The translations under genes and the position numbers were made by a program. Shown here one piece after another: positions 1-13,302 of a stretch of DNA of 64,000 nucleotides. The notes beneath the pieces were generated by a model, which did not search any database, was not told the origin of the DNA, and saw only the letters and a list, made by a program, of their open reading frames with translations. This DNA comes from Planctomycetota bacterium (lineage in GTDB: Bacteria > Planctomycetota > B15-G4 > JADJEK01): assembly GCA_044225365.1 (NCBI GenBank), contig JBGAIQ010000022.1:1-64000 (forward strand), given 5' to 3'. Positions within the stretch are counted from its first letter, which is position 1. Every line of letters begins with the position of its first letter.

Positions 1-247
1 CCCCCGGGCGCGCGCGACGTGGAGTCCGAACCGCGGTGGCACGTTCCCGAGGAAGATGCCGGGCAGAGCCCGGCGGTCCGCCGGAGGGACGCAGGATCCC
101 CCGGGCGCGCACGACGTGGAGTCCGAACCGCGGTGGCACGTTCCCGAGGAAGATGCCGGGCAGAGCCCGGCGGTCCGAAGCCAGAACATGCCGGGCAGAG
201 CCCGGCGGTCCGAAGCCAGAAGATGCTGGGCAGAGCCCGGCGGTCCG
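1..247. repeat. REP-like palindromic repeat cluster (97-bp direct repeat plus 35-bp sub-repeats), probably truncated by the window edge
   Basis: 1-80 recurs at 98-177 (offset 97). GATGCCGGGCAGAGCCCGGCGGTCC (hairpin GCCGGGC-AGA-GCCCGGC) occurs at 55, 152, 187 and 222, the last three 35 bp apart. Confidence 0.85.
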
Positions 248-254
248 ACCGCGA

Positions 255-1133
255 TTACGGGGACGGGGCGGAGGGAGGGTTCGTGCGGGTGGCGAGAGCG
301 ATTGCGCCGAGCAGGATCAGAAGGAACGCGCCGATGCGTACGGCGAGTTTCATGCCGTTCGGCCATGGTTCGTCGAACGCGATCGGGCCGACGAGAACGG
401 GTAGCCCCGTCGAGAGAGTCGTGGTGAGGGTTGCGACGACGATCGCGCGCCCACGCTGCCACGCGGCCTGTAGCAGTACGAGACCGGCGGCCGAGAGGAC
501 GACGAGTGCGATCACGACGAGCGACGTGTCGACGGCGGGATGCGTGCTGGTGAGCGCGACGCCGAGCGCCTTCGTGAGGAGGCCGGTCGCACCGTAGGCG
601 ATTCCCGCGGCGAGGGGCAGGACGATCTCCGCACGAGCTCGCTTCGATCGAATCGCGAGGGACGCCAAGGCCGCGAGTCCGAACGCGACGACGACGACCA
701 CGACGAGCGGCGCGACGACGATGTGCGTGCCGGCGACTTCGCGATCGGGATCGAGCGAGAGGCCGAGCAGCACCGCGCCGCCGCAGCACGCAACGACGCC
801 CGCCCACTCCGATTTTCGCAGGTGCTCGCCGAACCAGCGTACGGCGAGGATCGCGAGCAGCGCGCCGCCCGCCGGCATCGCGGGCAACACGAGTCCGATC
901 GGCGCGTAGAGGAGAGCGAGCCATTCGAGGCCCCATCCGAGGAGGAGACACGTCGAGCCGGCGAGCCAGATCGGATCCGAGAAGAACGCCTTCACCGTGG
1001 CGACATCGCCGCCCGGATTCTCCGCCACGCGTGGCAGGCGTCCCGACGCCCGCTTCTGCAACGCGAGCCCGAGATTGAAGGCGAGCGCCGCCGCGATACC
1101 GAGGGCGATCCCGATCGACAACGCTAGCGGCAC
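255..1133 (-). CDS. DMT/EamA-superfamily multi-pass membrane protein (possible lipid-linked sugar flippase)
   Basis: 292-aa ORF with about 9-10 hydrophobic segments and the DMT-like motif LAVRWFGEHLRKSEWAGVV; last gene of a glycosylation operon. Confidence 0.7.
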   Translation of the reverse strand: MPLALSIGIALGIAAALAFNLGLALQKRASGRLPRVAENPGGDVATVKAFFSDPIWLAGSTCLLLGWGLEWLALLYAPIGLVLPAMPAGGALLAILAVRWFGEHLRKSEWAGVVACCGGAVLLGLSLDPDREVAGTHIVVAPLVVVVVVAFGLAALASLAIRSKRARAEIVLPLAAGIAYGATGLLTKALGVALTSTHPAVDTSLVVIALVVLSAAGLVLLQAAWQRGRAIVVATLTTTLSTGLPVLVGPIAFDEPWPNGMKLAVRIGAFLLILLGAIALATRTNPPSAPSP

Positions 1134-1140
1134 GCCGCAC

Positions 1141-2973
1141 TCAGATTCGTTTGGCGGGGCGCCTTGCCTTTGCGGTCCGCGTGATCAGCGTGCGGTAGAT
1201 CCGCACGGAATCGACGAGGGGCCGGAAGTGGGACGAGCGATTGTCGCGCAGGTAGAGCGTGGGGATCGAGACCGACTCGACACGATGGCGTTCGCGGAGC
1301 GCGAGCAACAGCATGTGCAGCTCGGTCTCGTAACGACCCTCTGGCACACAGCGCACGACTTCGTCGGCGAAGCTGCGCGAGAGGGCGCGGTAACCACATT
1401 GGGTGTCGGCTGGACATCCTGGGCATAATACGTGGAGGATCGCCCGAGTGAGACCATTCCCGAATCGGCTTCGCAACGGCATTCGCGAGTACTTGGTCCG
1501 TTGTCCAACGACCAGATCCGCGCCCGCCCGACAAGCAGCGACGAGTCGCGGCAAGTCGCACGGCGGATGCTGACCATCGCCGTCGATCGTGAGGAACACA
1601 CGGTGGTCGCCCGCTGCGAGTCCAGCGCGCAATCCTTCGAGCAGCGCCGCGCCCTTGCCTCGATTCTCGGGGAACGAGATCACCTGGACGCGCCCGTCGA
1701 ATTCGGCCGCCGCGGCGCGCAGTTCGTCGAGAGTCGAGTCGGAGCTTCCGTCGTCGATCGCGATCACGAGGCCGACGCGTTGCGCCGTTTCACGCACGAC
1801 GCGCCCGCACAGGGCCGCGATGTCGAAACATGGCACGATCGCGCAGACGTCGGGCGCGAATCGCTCGAGCGACACCTCGGCGAGTTCGCGCGCGGTGCAC
1901 TCTCCTGCCGCGATCTCGAGCCAGCCACCTTCGTCGTAGAACCCGAAGCGGCGCTCGATCTTGACGAAGCGACGCGTCGCCGGCGGAAGAGCGCTCTGCG
2001 GGAGACTCACGTGCCGCGCACCGTGCCCAGCGTCGTGGACGCGGTCGGATCGCACGCGCGCGCACGTGCGGCCAGTCGACACACTCCACAGATCCGACGC
2101 TCCTTTCGATCGCGGCAGACGAGTCGACAGCACTCTGCCCTCGACCTCCTTGCAATCCGAGAGCAGGAAGAGCGACGACGGACCGAACGCCCCGAGCCGC
2201 GCATGATCGACGATCTCGAATTGGAAATCCCCGTCGACGACGCGCACGTTGCGAACCGGATGGACGTCCGCTGCCGAGCTCTCGGTTCCCGGCACGATGA
2301 ACGTCTCGGGGTCGCTCACGAACTTCTTGAACATGCCCCGGTGGACGACGTAGGGCGTCGCGTAGGCACGCAGCGCCGCGTCCTTCAGCGCCTTCTCGTC
2401 CTCGCTCGGTTCGACGCGCACGAGCCCGTCGAAGGGCGTCGGCGCGCGCGGTCCGTGCACCACGAATTCCAGCGTCGTCGCCGGGCGCGCCGTCGGCTCG
2501 ACGCGGTCGAGCGCAATGCGCGACAGCACGCCGAGCGCGCTGTGATCAGGATGCCAGTCGAGCGGCGACGGTGAAAGGAAGAGCGTCGGACGAAATCCCT
2601 CGACGAGATCGGTCCAGCGCCGGATCTCGTGCTCGTCGCTCGTGAGCAGGAGATCGGTGAGCCCTTGATCGGGAAGTCCGAAGAACGCGATCTGATCGCG
2701 CCGCACGCCGAGGCGAGCGAGAGCTTCGATCGATTCGTTGCGACGAGTGTGACCGAGCCGCTCGCGATCGGAATCGCCGATTCGCACGCGCCGTTCGGCG
2801 ATTCGTTGCACCCAACCATTCTTCTCGCCGTCGGTGGCGACGACGACCTTCACCTCGGCGCCGGCTCGCACGGCGCGAAGCAACAAGACGCCCGCCGCGA
2901 GCACTTCGTCGTCGGGATGCGGAACGAGCAATAGGACGCGATCGGTTGCGACGGGATCACGAAGATGAGTCAT
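1141..2973 (-). CDS. PIG-L family N-deacetylase fused to a C-terminal GT2 (DPM/ArnC-like) glycosyltransferase
   Basis: N-terminal PHPDDE and HPDH metal motifs (PIG-L). C-terminal DDGSSD, NRGKGAA, IDGDGQH and DTQCGYR motifs (polyprenol-phosphate sugar synthase GT2). Confidence 0.88.
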   Translation of the reverse strand: MTHLRDPVATDRVLLLVPHPDDEVLAAGVLLLRAVRAGAEVKVVVATDGEKNGWVQRIAERRVRIGDSDRERLGHTRRNESIEALARLGVRRDQIAFFGLPDQGLTDLLLTSDEHEIRRWTDLVEGFRPTLFLSPSPLDWHPDHSALGVLSRIALDRVEPTARPATTLEFVVHGPRAPTPFDGLVRVEPSEDEKALKDAALRAYATPYVVHRGMFKKFVSDPETFIVPGTESSAADVHPVRNVRVVDGDFQFEIVDHARLGAFGPSSLFLLSDCKEVEGRVLSTRLPRSKGASDLWSVSTGRTCARVRSDRVHDAGHGARHVSLPQSALPPATRRFVKIERRFGFYDEGGWLEIAAGECTARELAEVSLERFAPDVCAIVPCFDIAALCGRVVRETAQRVGLVIAIDDGSSDSTLDELRAAAAEFDGRVQVISFPENRGKGAALLEGLRAGLAAGDHRVFLTIDGDGQHPPCDLPRLVAACRAGADLVVGQRTKYSRMPLRSRFGNGLTRAILHVLCPGCPADTQCGYRALSRSFADEVVRCVPEGRYETELHMLLLALRERHRVESVSIPTLYLRDNRSSHFRPLVDSVRIYRTLITRTAKARRPAKRI

Positions 2974-4697
2974 CGTCGTTCCTCCACGAACGGTAACGGC
3001 GAGAAGCCGCGCTCGATCGCACGCGACCAGACGGCGACGAGCGTCGCCTCGCCCGGTGCGGGCTCGTAGACGTGCTTTCCGGCCATGAGGGACCTCGGGC
3101 CGGCATACGGCGTACCGTCGAGCAATCCCTTCGGAACGAAGCCATCACCGACGATCGCGTAGTCGGCGGAGACGAGTAAGTCGAACTCGCATCGCGTCTT
3201 CGCGGGCTCGCTCCGGGTCCGCAGCACGGAGCCGACCACTCGCACGGTGCCGAGGTCGACGAAGTACGCCTCGATCATCCGTTGTACGACGCCGGGCAAT
3301 TCCTGGTCGAAGACGGCGACGCAGGCGCCGTTCCTCGCAATCTGGTCCGCGATGTCGTTCTTGATGAGGTTCTTCGCGAGGCGACGCTTCGTGAAGGTCT
3401 CGAGCACGTAGTACCAGGCGCGACTGCGAAACACCGAAGCGCCCTTCGCGTCGAATACGTATTCGTCCGGCTTCGTGAGTCGCAGGACATCGCGGATGAT
3501 CTCGTCCGCGGGCCGAGTGTTGTCGGTCGTGATCGGAGAGTACGCCTCGAGCCGCCGCGCGCCCACGACGCAGATGAGTCCGACGATGGCCGCCGTTGCG
3601 AAGGGCGAGGCGAGCCAGGCGCGTGCCGCGTGGCCGAGGAACTTCGAAGCGTGACGGACGAGAGCGAGAGCGCCCGCTCCGACGCAGAGCATCGCGGGCG
3701 GCTCGCAGAGCAGGAGAGTCTGGCCCTGAAGGATCGGCCACGTCGCGAAGAGCCCGACGAGCATCGCCGAAGTCACGACGATGAACGTCGCGCGAACGCG
3801 GCGCTCGTCTCTCGGTAGCGCGACGTAGCCGAGAACGCCGACGAGGAGCGCTCGCAGCAGGAAGACCTGGTTCGCCGCGAGGGCCGCGCGCAGCCCGGCG
3901 CCGGCGCCGCCCGTGTTATGCGTGACGAGGCAGTATTCTGCTGCTCTCCAGGCGTGCTCGTACTTGATGAATCCCGCGAGGAGGATCGGGATGCAGAGCG
4001 CGCCCAAGAGGATCGTGCCGAAGAGCAAGAGCCCGGATCGCAATGCGGCTCGATCTCTCGAGCGCGCGATCGCGACGCATCGCGGCAAGCCGACGACGAT
4101 CGCACCGAGCGCGAGCGCGAGGACGAGCAGGAGAGTCTTCAGCGAGACCGCGAACGCGGCTCCGATCGTGAGGCCGCCGATCCATCCGCGCCGACGCGTG
4201 AGTTCACCGCCGGCGAACACGCGCATTGCGAGCATGCACAGGAACACCCAGAGATCGTCGGTTCGGTACTCGAGGGATCGAAAGAAGAAGCAGTCGAAGA
4301 AGCCGAGGAGCAGAGCAGCGAGCGCGCCGGCGCGCCGATCGAACAGGATCCTTCCGATGTCGTAGATCAGGAACAGCGTGCCGAAGAACAGCGGCAGCAT
4401 CGCGAGCCGCATCATGCTGATGATGTCGACCCGCTCGCCGAAGAATGCGACGAGCGGTGCCGTGAGCAGATGGAACAGTGGCGCATGATTGTCGAAGACA
4501 TCGCGATACTGGACGAGACCGCGGGTCCAGGCCCATGCGACATGGAGATGCTGGGGCTCGTCGGAGTCGATCTCGTAACGAAACGCCCAGACGACTCGCA
4601 GGACGAGGAGGAGGACGGCGACGAACGTGATCGCGATCCGCTCGCTCGCGCGGAACGGCGGATCGCATTCGTTGGCTCGGAGCATCGGCTGCGTCAT
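2970..4697 (-). CDS. ArnT/PMT-like (GT-C fold) membrane glycosyltransferase
   Basis: 575 aa with many TM helices; N-terminal loop DSDEPQH..W....G...YRDVFDNHAPLF is typical of GT-C enzymes; ATGA overlap with the next gene. Confidence 0.75.
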   Translation of the reverse strand: MTQPMLRANECDPPFRASERIAITFVAVLLLVLRVVWAFRYEIDSDEPQHLHVAWAWTRGLVQYRDVFDNHAPLFHLLTAPLVAFFGERVDIISMMRLAMLPLFFGTLFLIYDIGRILFDRRAGALAALLLGFFDCFFFRSLEYRTDDLWVFLCMLAMRVFAGGELTRRRGWIGGLTIGAAFAVSLKTLLLVLALALGAIVVGLPRCVAIARSRDRAALRSGLLLFGTILLGALCIPILLAGFIKYEHAWRAAEYCLVTHNTGGAGAGLRAALAANQVFLLRALLVGVLGYVALPRDERRVRATFIVVTSAMLVGLFATWPILQGQTLLLCEPPAMLCVGAGALALVRHASKFLGHAARAWLASPFATAAIVGLICVVGARRLEAYSPITTDNTRPADEIIRDVLRLTKPDEYVFDAKGASVFRSRAWYYVLETFTKRRLAKNLIKNDIADQIARNGACVAVFDQELPGVVQRMIEAYFVDLGTVRVVGSVLRTRSEPAKTRCEFDLLVSADYAIVGDGFVPKGLLDGTPYAGPRSLMAGKHVYEPAPGEATLVAVWSRAIERGFSPLPFVEERR

Positions 4698-4846
4698 GGC
4701 CTAGGGCGATCGATCGACTCGATGCGAGTCGCGGTTGCCGAGCCCGACGGTGTCGCGGAGGGAGGAGTCAGGGATCTCGGCGGTGGACGCAGCTCATTCG
4801 AGCCCTTCGCGAACCGTCCGAGGATGACGACGACGTGACAAGGACG

Positions 4847-5254
4847 TCACGAGCCGCGAAGGACCTCGTCGAGCTTGCCCTTGACATGCTCGATCATGAG
4901 TCCCTCGATCTGATCGACCATCTGATCGAGCGCGAACGGACGAACGAGATAGAGCTGCACACCGACGTCGCGCGCCGCGTCCTTGTAGACGCGGGAGCGA
5001 AAGATGCTCGAGCACATGACGACGGGCAGGTCCTCCGCGCGGTACTTCTCCCGGATCCGCCGGCACAATTGGAAGCCGTTCTCGCCATCGAGGAGGATGT
5101 CGAGCAACACGACCGAAGGCATCGCCCGGGCGAGCGCCTTCATGGCGGCGTCCGCCGTCTTGGCCAATTCCACTTCGTAGCCGCGGTTCTCGAGGTACGC
5201 GGCGCGGATCTTGGGATCCTCTTGCTGATCATGGACGAACAGGATTCGCTTCAT
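4847..5254 (-). CDS. Stand-alone CheY-like response regulator receiver protein
   Basis: 135 aa with VVLLDILLDGENGFQLC, LPVVMCSS and YLVRPF receiver motifs. Confidence 0.88.
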   Translation of the reverse strand: MKRILFVHDQQEDPKIRAAYLENRGYEVELAKTADAAMKALARAMPSVVLLDILLDGENGFQLCRRIREKYRAEDLPVVMCSSIFRSRVYKDAARDVGVQLYLVRPFALDQMVDQIEGLMIEHVKGKLDEVLRGS

Positions 5255-5258
5255 CGGA

Positions 5259-6971
5259 TCAGTCTCCCACGACCAACGAGTAGGCCTCTTCGACGCTCAC
5301 CTTCCCGGCGAGGACGTGGCGGCTGATGTCGGCCTTCAACGTGCGCATCCCGCCGTCGACGGCCGCCTGACGGATATCTTCGCTCCGCTCGCAGCGATGG
5401 ATCTTCTCGCGCACCGTGCCGGACATCCGCATGATCTCCATCACGCTCTGGCGGCCTCGCTCGCCCGTGTTGTGGCACGCATCGCAACCGCGGCCCTTGT
5501 AGTAGATGTGATCGAGCGGCAATCCGAGTCCTTCGAGCATCGCGGGTTTCGCGGGCGCCTCGACCTTGCATTCGGTGCAGATCTTCTTGACGAGTCGCTG
5601 CGCGACGATGCCGCGGATCGTGTCGGCGAGCAGGTATTGCGGAACGCCCATCTCCTTGAGACGTGCGATCGTCTCGACCGTGCCGAGCGTGTGCAGGGTC
5701 GAGAGCACGATGTGTCCGGTGAGCGCGGCCTGCACAGCCGTCTTCGCCGTCTCTTCGTCGCGGATCTCGCCGACGAGCACGACGTCCGGGTCCTGACGCA
5801 GGATGCTGCGCAGTCCGCGCGCGAAGGTGAGTCCGACCTTCGCATTCACGTTGATCTGCGTGATGCTCGACATCTGGTTCTCGACCGGATCCTCGAGCGT
5901 GATGATCTTGCGCTTGCTGTCGTTCAGGGCCGCGAGGATCGCGTAGAGCGTCGTGGTCTTGCCGCTGCCCGTCGGACCGGTCGCGAGAATGAGGCCTTCG
6001 CGGCACTGGATGATCTCCTCGAGCACCACGAGCGCATCGGGATCGATGCCCATCGATTTCAGCTCGGGCACGGCGCGGCCGCCGTCGAGGATACGCACGA
6101 CTCCGGACTCGCCGTGGAGCACGGGCGTCGTCGCGACGCGGAAGTCGATCGCGCGCCCGCCGATCTTCGCCTGGGCGCGGCCGTCCTGCGGCAAACGGTT
6201 CTGCGCGATGTCGAGGTTCGAGATGATCTTGAGGCGCGCGAGGCAGGGCTTCGACCATTGCTTCGCGACGCGCAAGCGCTCGAACAGGTTGCCGTCGACA
6301 CGAAACCGCACGACGAGTTCCGTCTCGGTGGTCTCGAGATGGATGTCGCTCGCACGTTGTTCGACGGCGTCGCGGAAGATGCCGCGGATCATGCTGACGA
6401 CCGGCGCGTCGAGCGTCGGGTCGTTCTCGTCCTCGAGCTTGACCTTGTCGAGGTCGCCGAACAGATCGTCCTTCTGGTCGAGCGTGCCTGCGATCTCCTC
6501 GAGCGACCGTTCGGACTTGGCATCCGCTCGCCCGTAGACGAGATCGAGCCCCTTCTCGAGTTCCGCCGCCTCGGTGGCGACCGCGAGAACACGGCTGCGC
6601 AGGACGCGAGCGATCTCATCGACCTTGTCGAGGTCGCCAGGATCCTTCATCGCGACCGTGACGATGTCGGCGATGCGATTGATGACGAGCGCTCCGAGTC
6701 GACGCGCGATCTGCATGTCGAGATGCGCCGACTCCTCCTTGTCGATGATCCCCGGCGTGACGTGGATCCAGAGGCGTTGTTCCTGTTTGCGCAGCGCGTC
6801 GTGGATGTCCACCTCGGCCGCGGCCCCCATGGCGACGAGCACCTGTCCGAGCTTGGCTCCCGTCTTCTTCTGCTCGGAAAGGGCCTGCTCGAGCTGCTTC
6901 TCGCTGATCTTCCCGGCACGGAGCAGCAGTTGGCCGATCGAGTGACGGGGTACCGTGGGTGGCGCATTCAC
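5259..6971 (-). CDS. GspE/PulE/PilB family secretion/pilus ATPase with N-terminal MshEN domain (start uncertain; ORF open to 7076)
   Basis: ASDIHLE, RLPQDGR, Walker A GPTGSGKTTT, LRQDPDVVLVGEIRD, TGHIVLSTLHT, CxxC...CxxC Zn motif; N-terminal IGQLLLRAGKI...KLGQVLVAMG. Confidence 0.92.
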   Translation of the reverse strand: MNAPPTVPRHSIGQLLLRAGKISEKQLEQALSEQKKTGAKLGQVLVAMGAAAEVDIHDALRKQEQRLWIHVTPGIIDKEESAHLDMQIARRLGALVINRIADIVTVAMKDPGDLDKVDEIARVLRSRVLAVATEAAELEKGLDLVYGRADAKSERSLEEIAGTLDQKDDLFGDLDKVKLEDENDPTLDAPVVSMIRGIFRDAVEQRASDIHLETTETELVVRFRVDGNLFERLRVAKQWSKPCLARLKIISNLDIAQNRLPQDGRAQAKIGGRAIDFRVATTPVLHGESGVVRILDGGRAVPELKSMGIDPDALVVLEEIIQCREGLILATGPTGSGKTTTLYAILAALNDSKRKIITLEDPVENQMSSITQINVNAKVGLTFARGLRSILRQDPDVVLVGEIRDEETAKTAVQAALTGHIVLSTLHTLGTVETIARLKEMGVPQYLLADTIRGIVAQRLVKKICTECKVEAPAKPAMLEGLGLPLDHIYYKGRGCDACHNTGERGRQSVMEIMRMSGTVREKIHRCERSEDIRQAAVDGGMRTLKADISRHVLAGKVSVEEAYSLVVGD

Positions 6972-7146
6972 AGAAGACAAGGAACGCTCCGAACTGGAAG
7001 GAAGTACACGGGTGCAGTTCCTCCCTCTTCGGCGAATCGTTCCCACGATCTGTAATCCACGATGTTGCCGCTCCATCGGGACGTTTCACCGGGAGGGAAT
7101 GTCGCGCGGTCCTTGACTTCCCATTTGCCGCGGCGACGATGCCCGC

Positions 7147-7908
7147 ATGTCGATTCACGATCGAATGGACGATTCGCTGATCCGGCGCCGCGCGTTCCTC
7201 GAGAGGCTCGCCGTGGGCGCGCTCGGGATCTCCGCGAGCGGGTGCATGAACTCGCGCGAGGTCGAGCCGACCGCTCCGCCGGTCCCGGGTCTACCCAAGC
7301 TGCTCGCGTCGCAGGCCAGGCTCTATCCGTTGATGGAAGCGGAAGACGTCTACAAGCTCATCTATCAGGCGACGCTCGGCCCGTCGTGGTTCTTCATCGG
7401 CGACAAGTCCGAGGTCGAGAAGGGTCTCTTCAATGAGATCCGCCAGATGGAGCCCGCGATCCACGACGGGGAGACGGATTTCGAACTTCTCTGCGAAGCG
7501 CGCGGGCTCGTGCGAGTGAACCTGCGACCGTATCTGCTCCACGGCGGAAAGGCCTCGGAACTCGCTCACGCGCTCTGCCTCACGACGCAGAACTATCGTG
7601 GGTCCCGGGCCGAACTGAAGGCGTCGCTCGACGCTGCGGTCGATCTCCTGCCCGATCTCGCGCTCGCGTGCGACGCGAAGAAGTACAAGGAATTGATCGG
7701 CAAGATGGCGACGGCGAACTATCGGCCGGGCGTCCATTCCGAGCCGTATGCCCTCGCCTACCGTCCCGCGTATCGCATCATCCTCCAGGAATACCTGACG
7801 GATGCACAGTACGGCGGACGCAAGGGCGTGTACTCGACGGAGTCGACGAACGATCTCGATCGCGGACCGCGAGGGTTCGCCAAGCCGGGATCGCAGGCCG
7901 GCACCTGA
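7147..7908 (+). CDS. Conserved hypothetical protein, predicted Tat-exported lipoprotein
   Basis: RRRAFL twin-arginine motif, hydrophobic core and ASGC lipobox; conserved-looking motifs EDVYKLIYQATLGP and HSEPYALAYRPAYRII. Confidence 0.7.
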   Translation: MSIHDRMDDSLIRRRAFLERLAVGALGISASGCMNSREVEPTAPPVPGLPKLLASQARLYPLMEAEDVYKLIYQATLGPSWFFIGDKSEVEKGLFNEIRQMEPAIHDGETDFELLCEARGLVRVNLRPYLLHGGKASELAHALCLTTQNYRGSRAELKASLDAAVDLLPDLALACDAKKYKELIGKMATANYRPGVHSEPYALAYRPAYRIILQEYLTDAQYGGRKGVYSTESTNDLDRGPRGFAKPGSQAGT

Positions 7909-7923
7909 GGCGCCTCGTGGCGC

Positions 7924-9606
7924 TCACTTCTTCGGACGCATCGGCGGTCGCGGCACGCCCGGCGTCACCACCGTCGCGGGAAGATCGATCACGAAGTCCT
8001 TCGCGATCTCGAACGTTCCATCGGCGGGCTTCGGAAGCGGACCCAGGTTGAACGTCTTCGCCGAGTACTTGATGAGGACGTCCGTCGCCTCGAAGCGAGT
8101 GTCGGTCGGGAGCCCCATCTTGTAGGAACCGTCCGCGGCGGCCACGCGCGTCACCTGGCGCTTCGCCTCCTTCGATGCCGGGGTGATCAGGATCACGGCG
8201 CCGATCACGGGCTTCCCGTCGCTCTTGTTCGTCACCTTGCCGCGCAGGATCAACAACGGATCGACATCGAATCGCACTGGCGCTTGGATCGCGAGCGTCG
8301 GATCGAGCCGCAGGTCCTGCTCCAGGACCGAGCAGTCGTTCGCATCGATCTCGATCCGCGCCCGATCCGTCGGGGTGTATTCGAGTTTCATCTCGAAATG
8401 CCCGTTGGTGTCGATCGACTCGCTGTCGTCTTCGCCGAGGTCGGGCGGTGCGTTGGAGCAGAACACCCGCACGTCGCCGCCGGCAACGGGCTGGCCCGTT
8501 CTCTTGTTGTAGACCACTCCGGAGAGCGTCACCTGATCGGGCAGCTCGATGCGCCCGAGATCCACCACGCCGTCCGGCTGCGGTGCCGGCAATTTATCGA
8601 TCGCGACCGGACCGTAACCGTCGTGAGAGATCAGCACGAACAATCGGTCGTAGGGCGTCGCCTCGAATTCGAGTCGGAAGGACCCCTTGTCGTCGGTGCT
8701 CTCGTTCTCGTCGTTGTCCGTGAACTCCGGATCGCGCGACTTGCCGAGGATCAGCGCCTCTTCGAGCGGCTTCTGCGTGGAGCGCGCGACCACCGTCCCG
8801 GTGAGCGTGAGCGACGCATAGACCGCGAAGTCGACCGTCACGATCGACTTCCCATCGGGCACCTTCTGGTCGTACTTCACCATCGGCGCGAGGTCGTCGG
8901 GCTCCGTGTAGACGTCGAATCCGCCCCGCGGGAGATCGCTGATCGGGCCGATCTTGTAGTACCCGCCGGCGTCCGTCATCCCTTCCCCGCTCTCACCCGA
9001 GAATGCCTTTTCGAGGCATCGCACGCTGACGCTCGCCTCGGCGACGGGAGCGCCAGTAGCGGCATTCGTGACGTGCCCCTCGATGTAGAACTCGGAGCTG
9101 AGATCGAAGTCGAAGGTCATCTCGCGGTGGTCGCCGGCGACGACATCGCCGAGCGCGATTTCGCTCGCAAAGCCGGCGAGGCTCGTCGTGACCGAGATCT
9201 TGCGCGGGACATCCCCCACGATCGTGACCGTGTACTCGCCGTTCGCTCCCGTCTTGCCGCTCTCGACCGGGTCGCCTTCTTCGTCGTGAACCGTGACCTC
9301 GACATCCGTCAGCGGTGCCTTGTCGGCCCGATTCCGCACGACACCTTTGACGACGAGATCGCCGCGCGCCGAGAAAACGGGATCGCCGCTCTTCTGATCG
9401 ACGCGAATGGGTTCGGTGCCCTTGTTCGAAGGGAGGTCGGGCGTCGTCAAGGGAGTCTCCGTCTTCGTTCCACCCTGGTTCGGATCGGGCTTGTCGACCT
9501 TGGGATGATCGACACTCGCGCCCGAGTCGCGGAACAGGAGGTATCCCGCCACGCCGAGTCCGACGAGCACGATCGCGATCAGGGTTCCAAACAACTTCAT
9601 GTTCAT
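7924..9606 (-). CDS. Membrane-anchored protein with repeated carboxypeptidase-regulatory-like (prealbumin-fold) domains
   Basis: N-terminal TM helix, then about five G.V.....G.P..GA.V...TD..G.Y repeats; ATG at 9606 has a GAGG RBS. Confidence 0.8.
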   Translation of the reverse strand: MNMKLFGTLIAIVLVGLGVAGYLLFRDSGASVDHPKVDKPDPNQGGTKTETPLTTPDLPSNKGTEPIRVDQKSGDPVFSARGDLVVKGVVRNRADKAPLTDVEVTVHDEEGDPVESGKTGANGEYTVTIVGDVPRKISVTTSLAGFASEIALGDVVAGDHREMTFDFDLSSEFYIEGHVTNAATGAPVAEASVSVRCLEKAFSGESGEGMTDAGGYYKIGPISDLPRGGFDVYTEPDDLAPMVKYDQKVPDGKSIVTVDFAVYASLTLTGTVVARSTQKPLEEALILGKSRDPEFTDNDENESTDDKGSFRLEFEATPYDRLFVLISHDGYGPVAIDKLPAPQPDGVVDLGRIELPDQVTLSGVVYNKRTGQPVAGGDVRVFCSNAPPDLGEDDSESIDTNGHFEMKLEYTPTDRARIEIDANDCSVLEQDLRLDPTLAIQAPVRFDVDPLLILRGKVTNKSDGKPVIGAVILITPASKEAKRQVTRVAAADGSYKMGLPTDTRFEATDVLIKYSAKTFNLGPLPKPADGTFEIAKDFVIDLPATVVTPGVPRPPMRPKK

Positions 9607-9685
9607 CGATGACCTCGCCAAGCGGTCGATGATAAGCAGGCCAACGTGTGTCCAATGCGTTTTCGACAGCGCTTCCGACCGAACT

Positions 9686-13298
<3,613 letters not shown>

Positions 13299-13302
<4 letters not shown>

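Noticed and set aside
19-597. Overlapping + strand ORFs at the window start
   Set aside because: They translate the repeat cluster and the antisense of the DMT gene.
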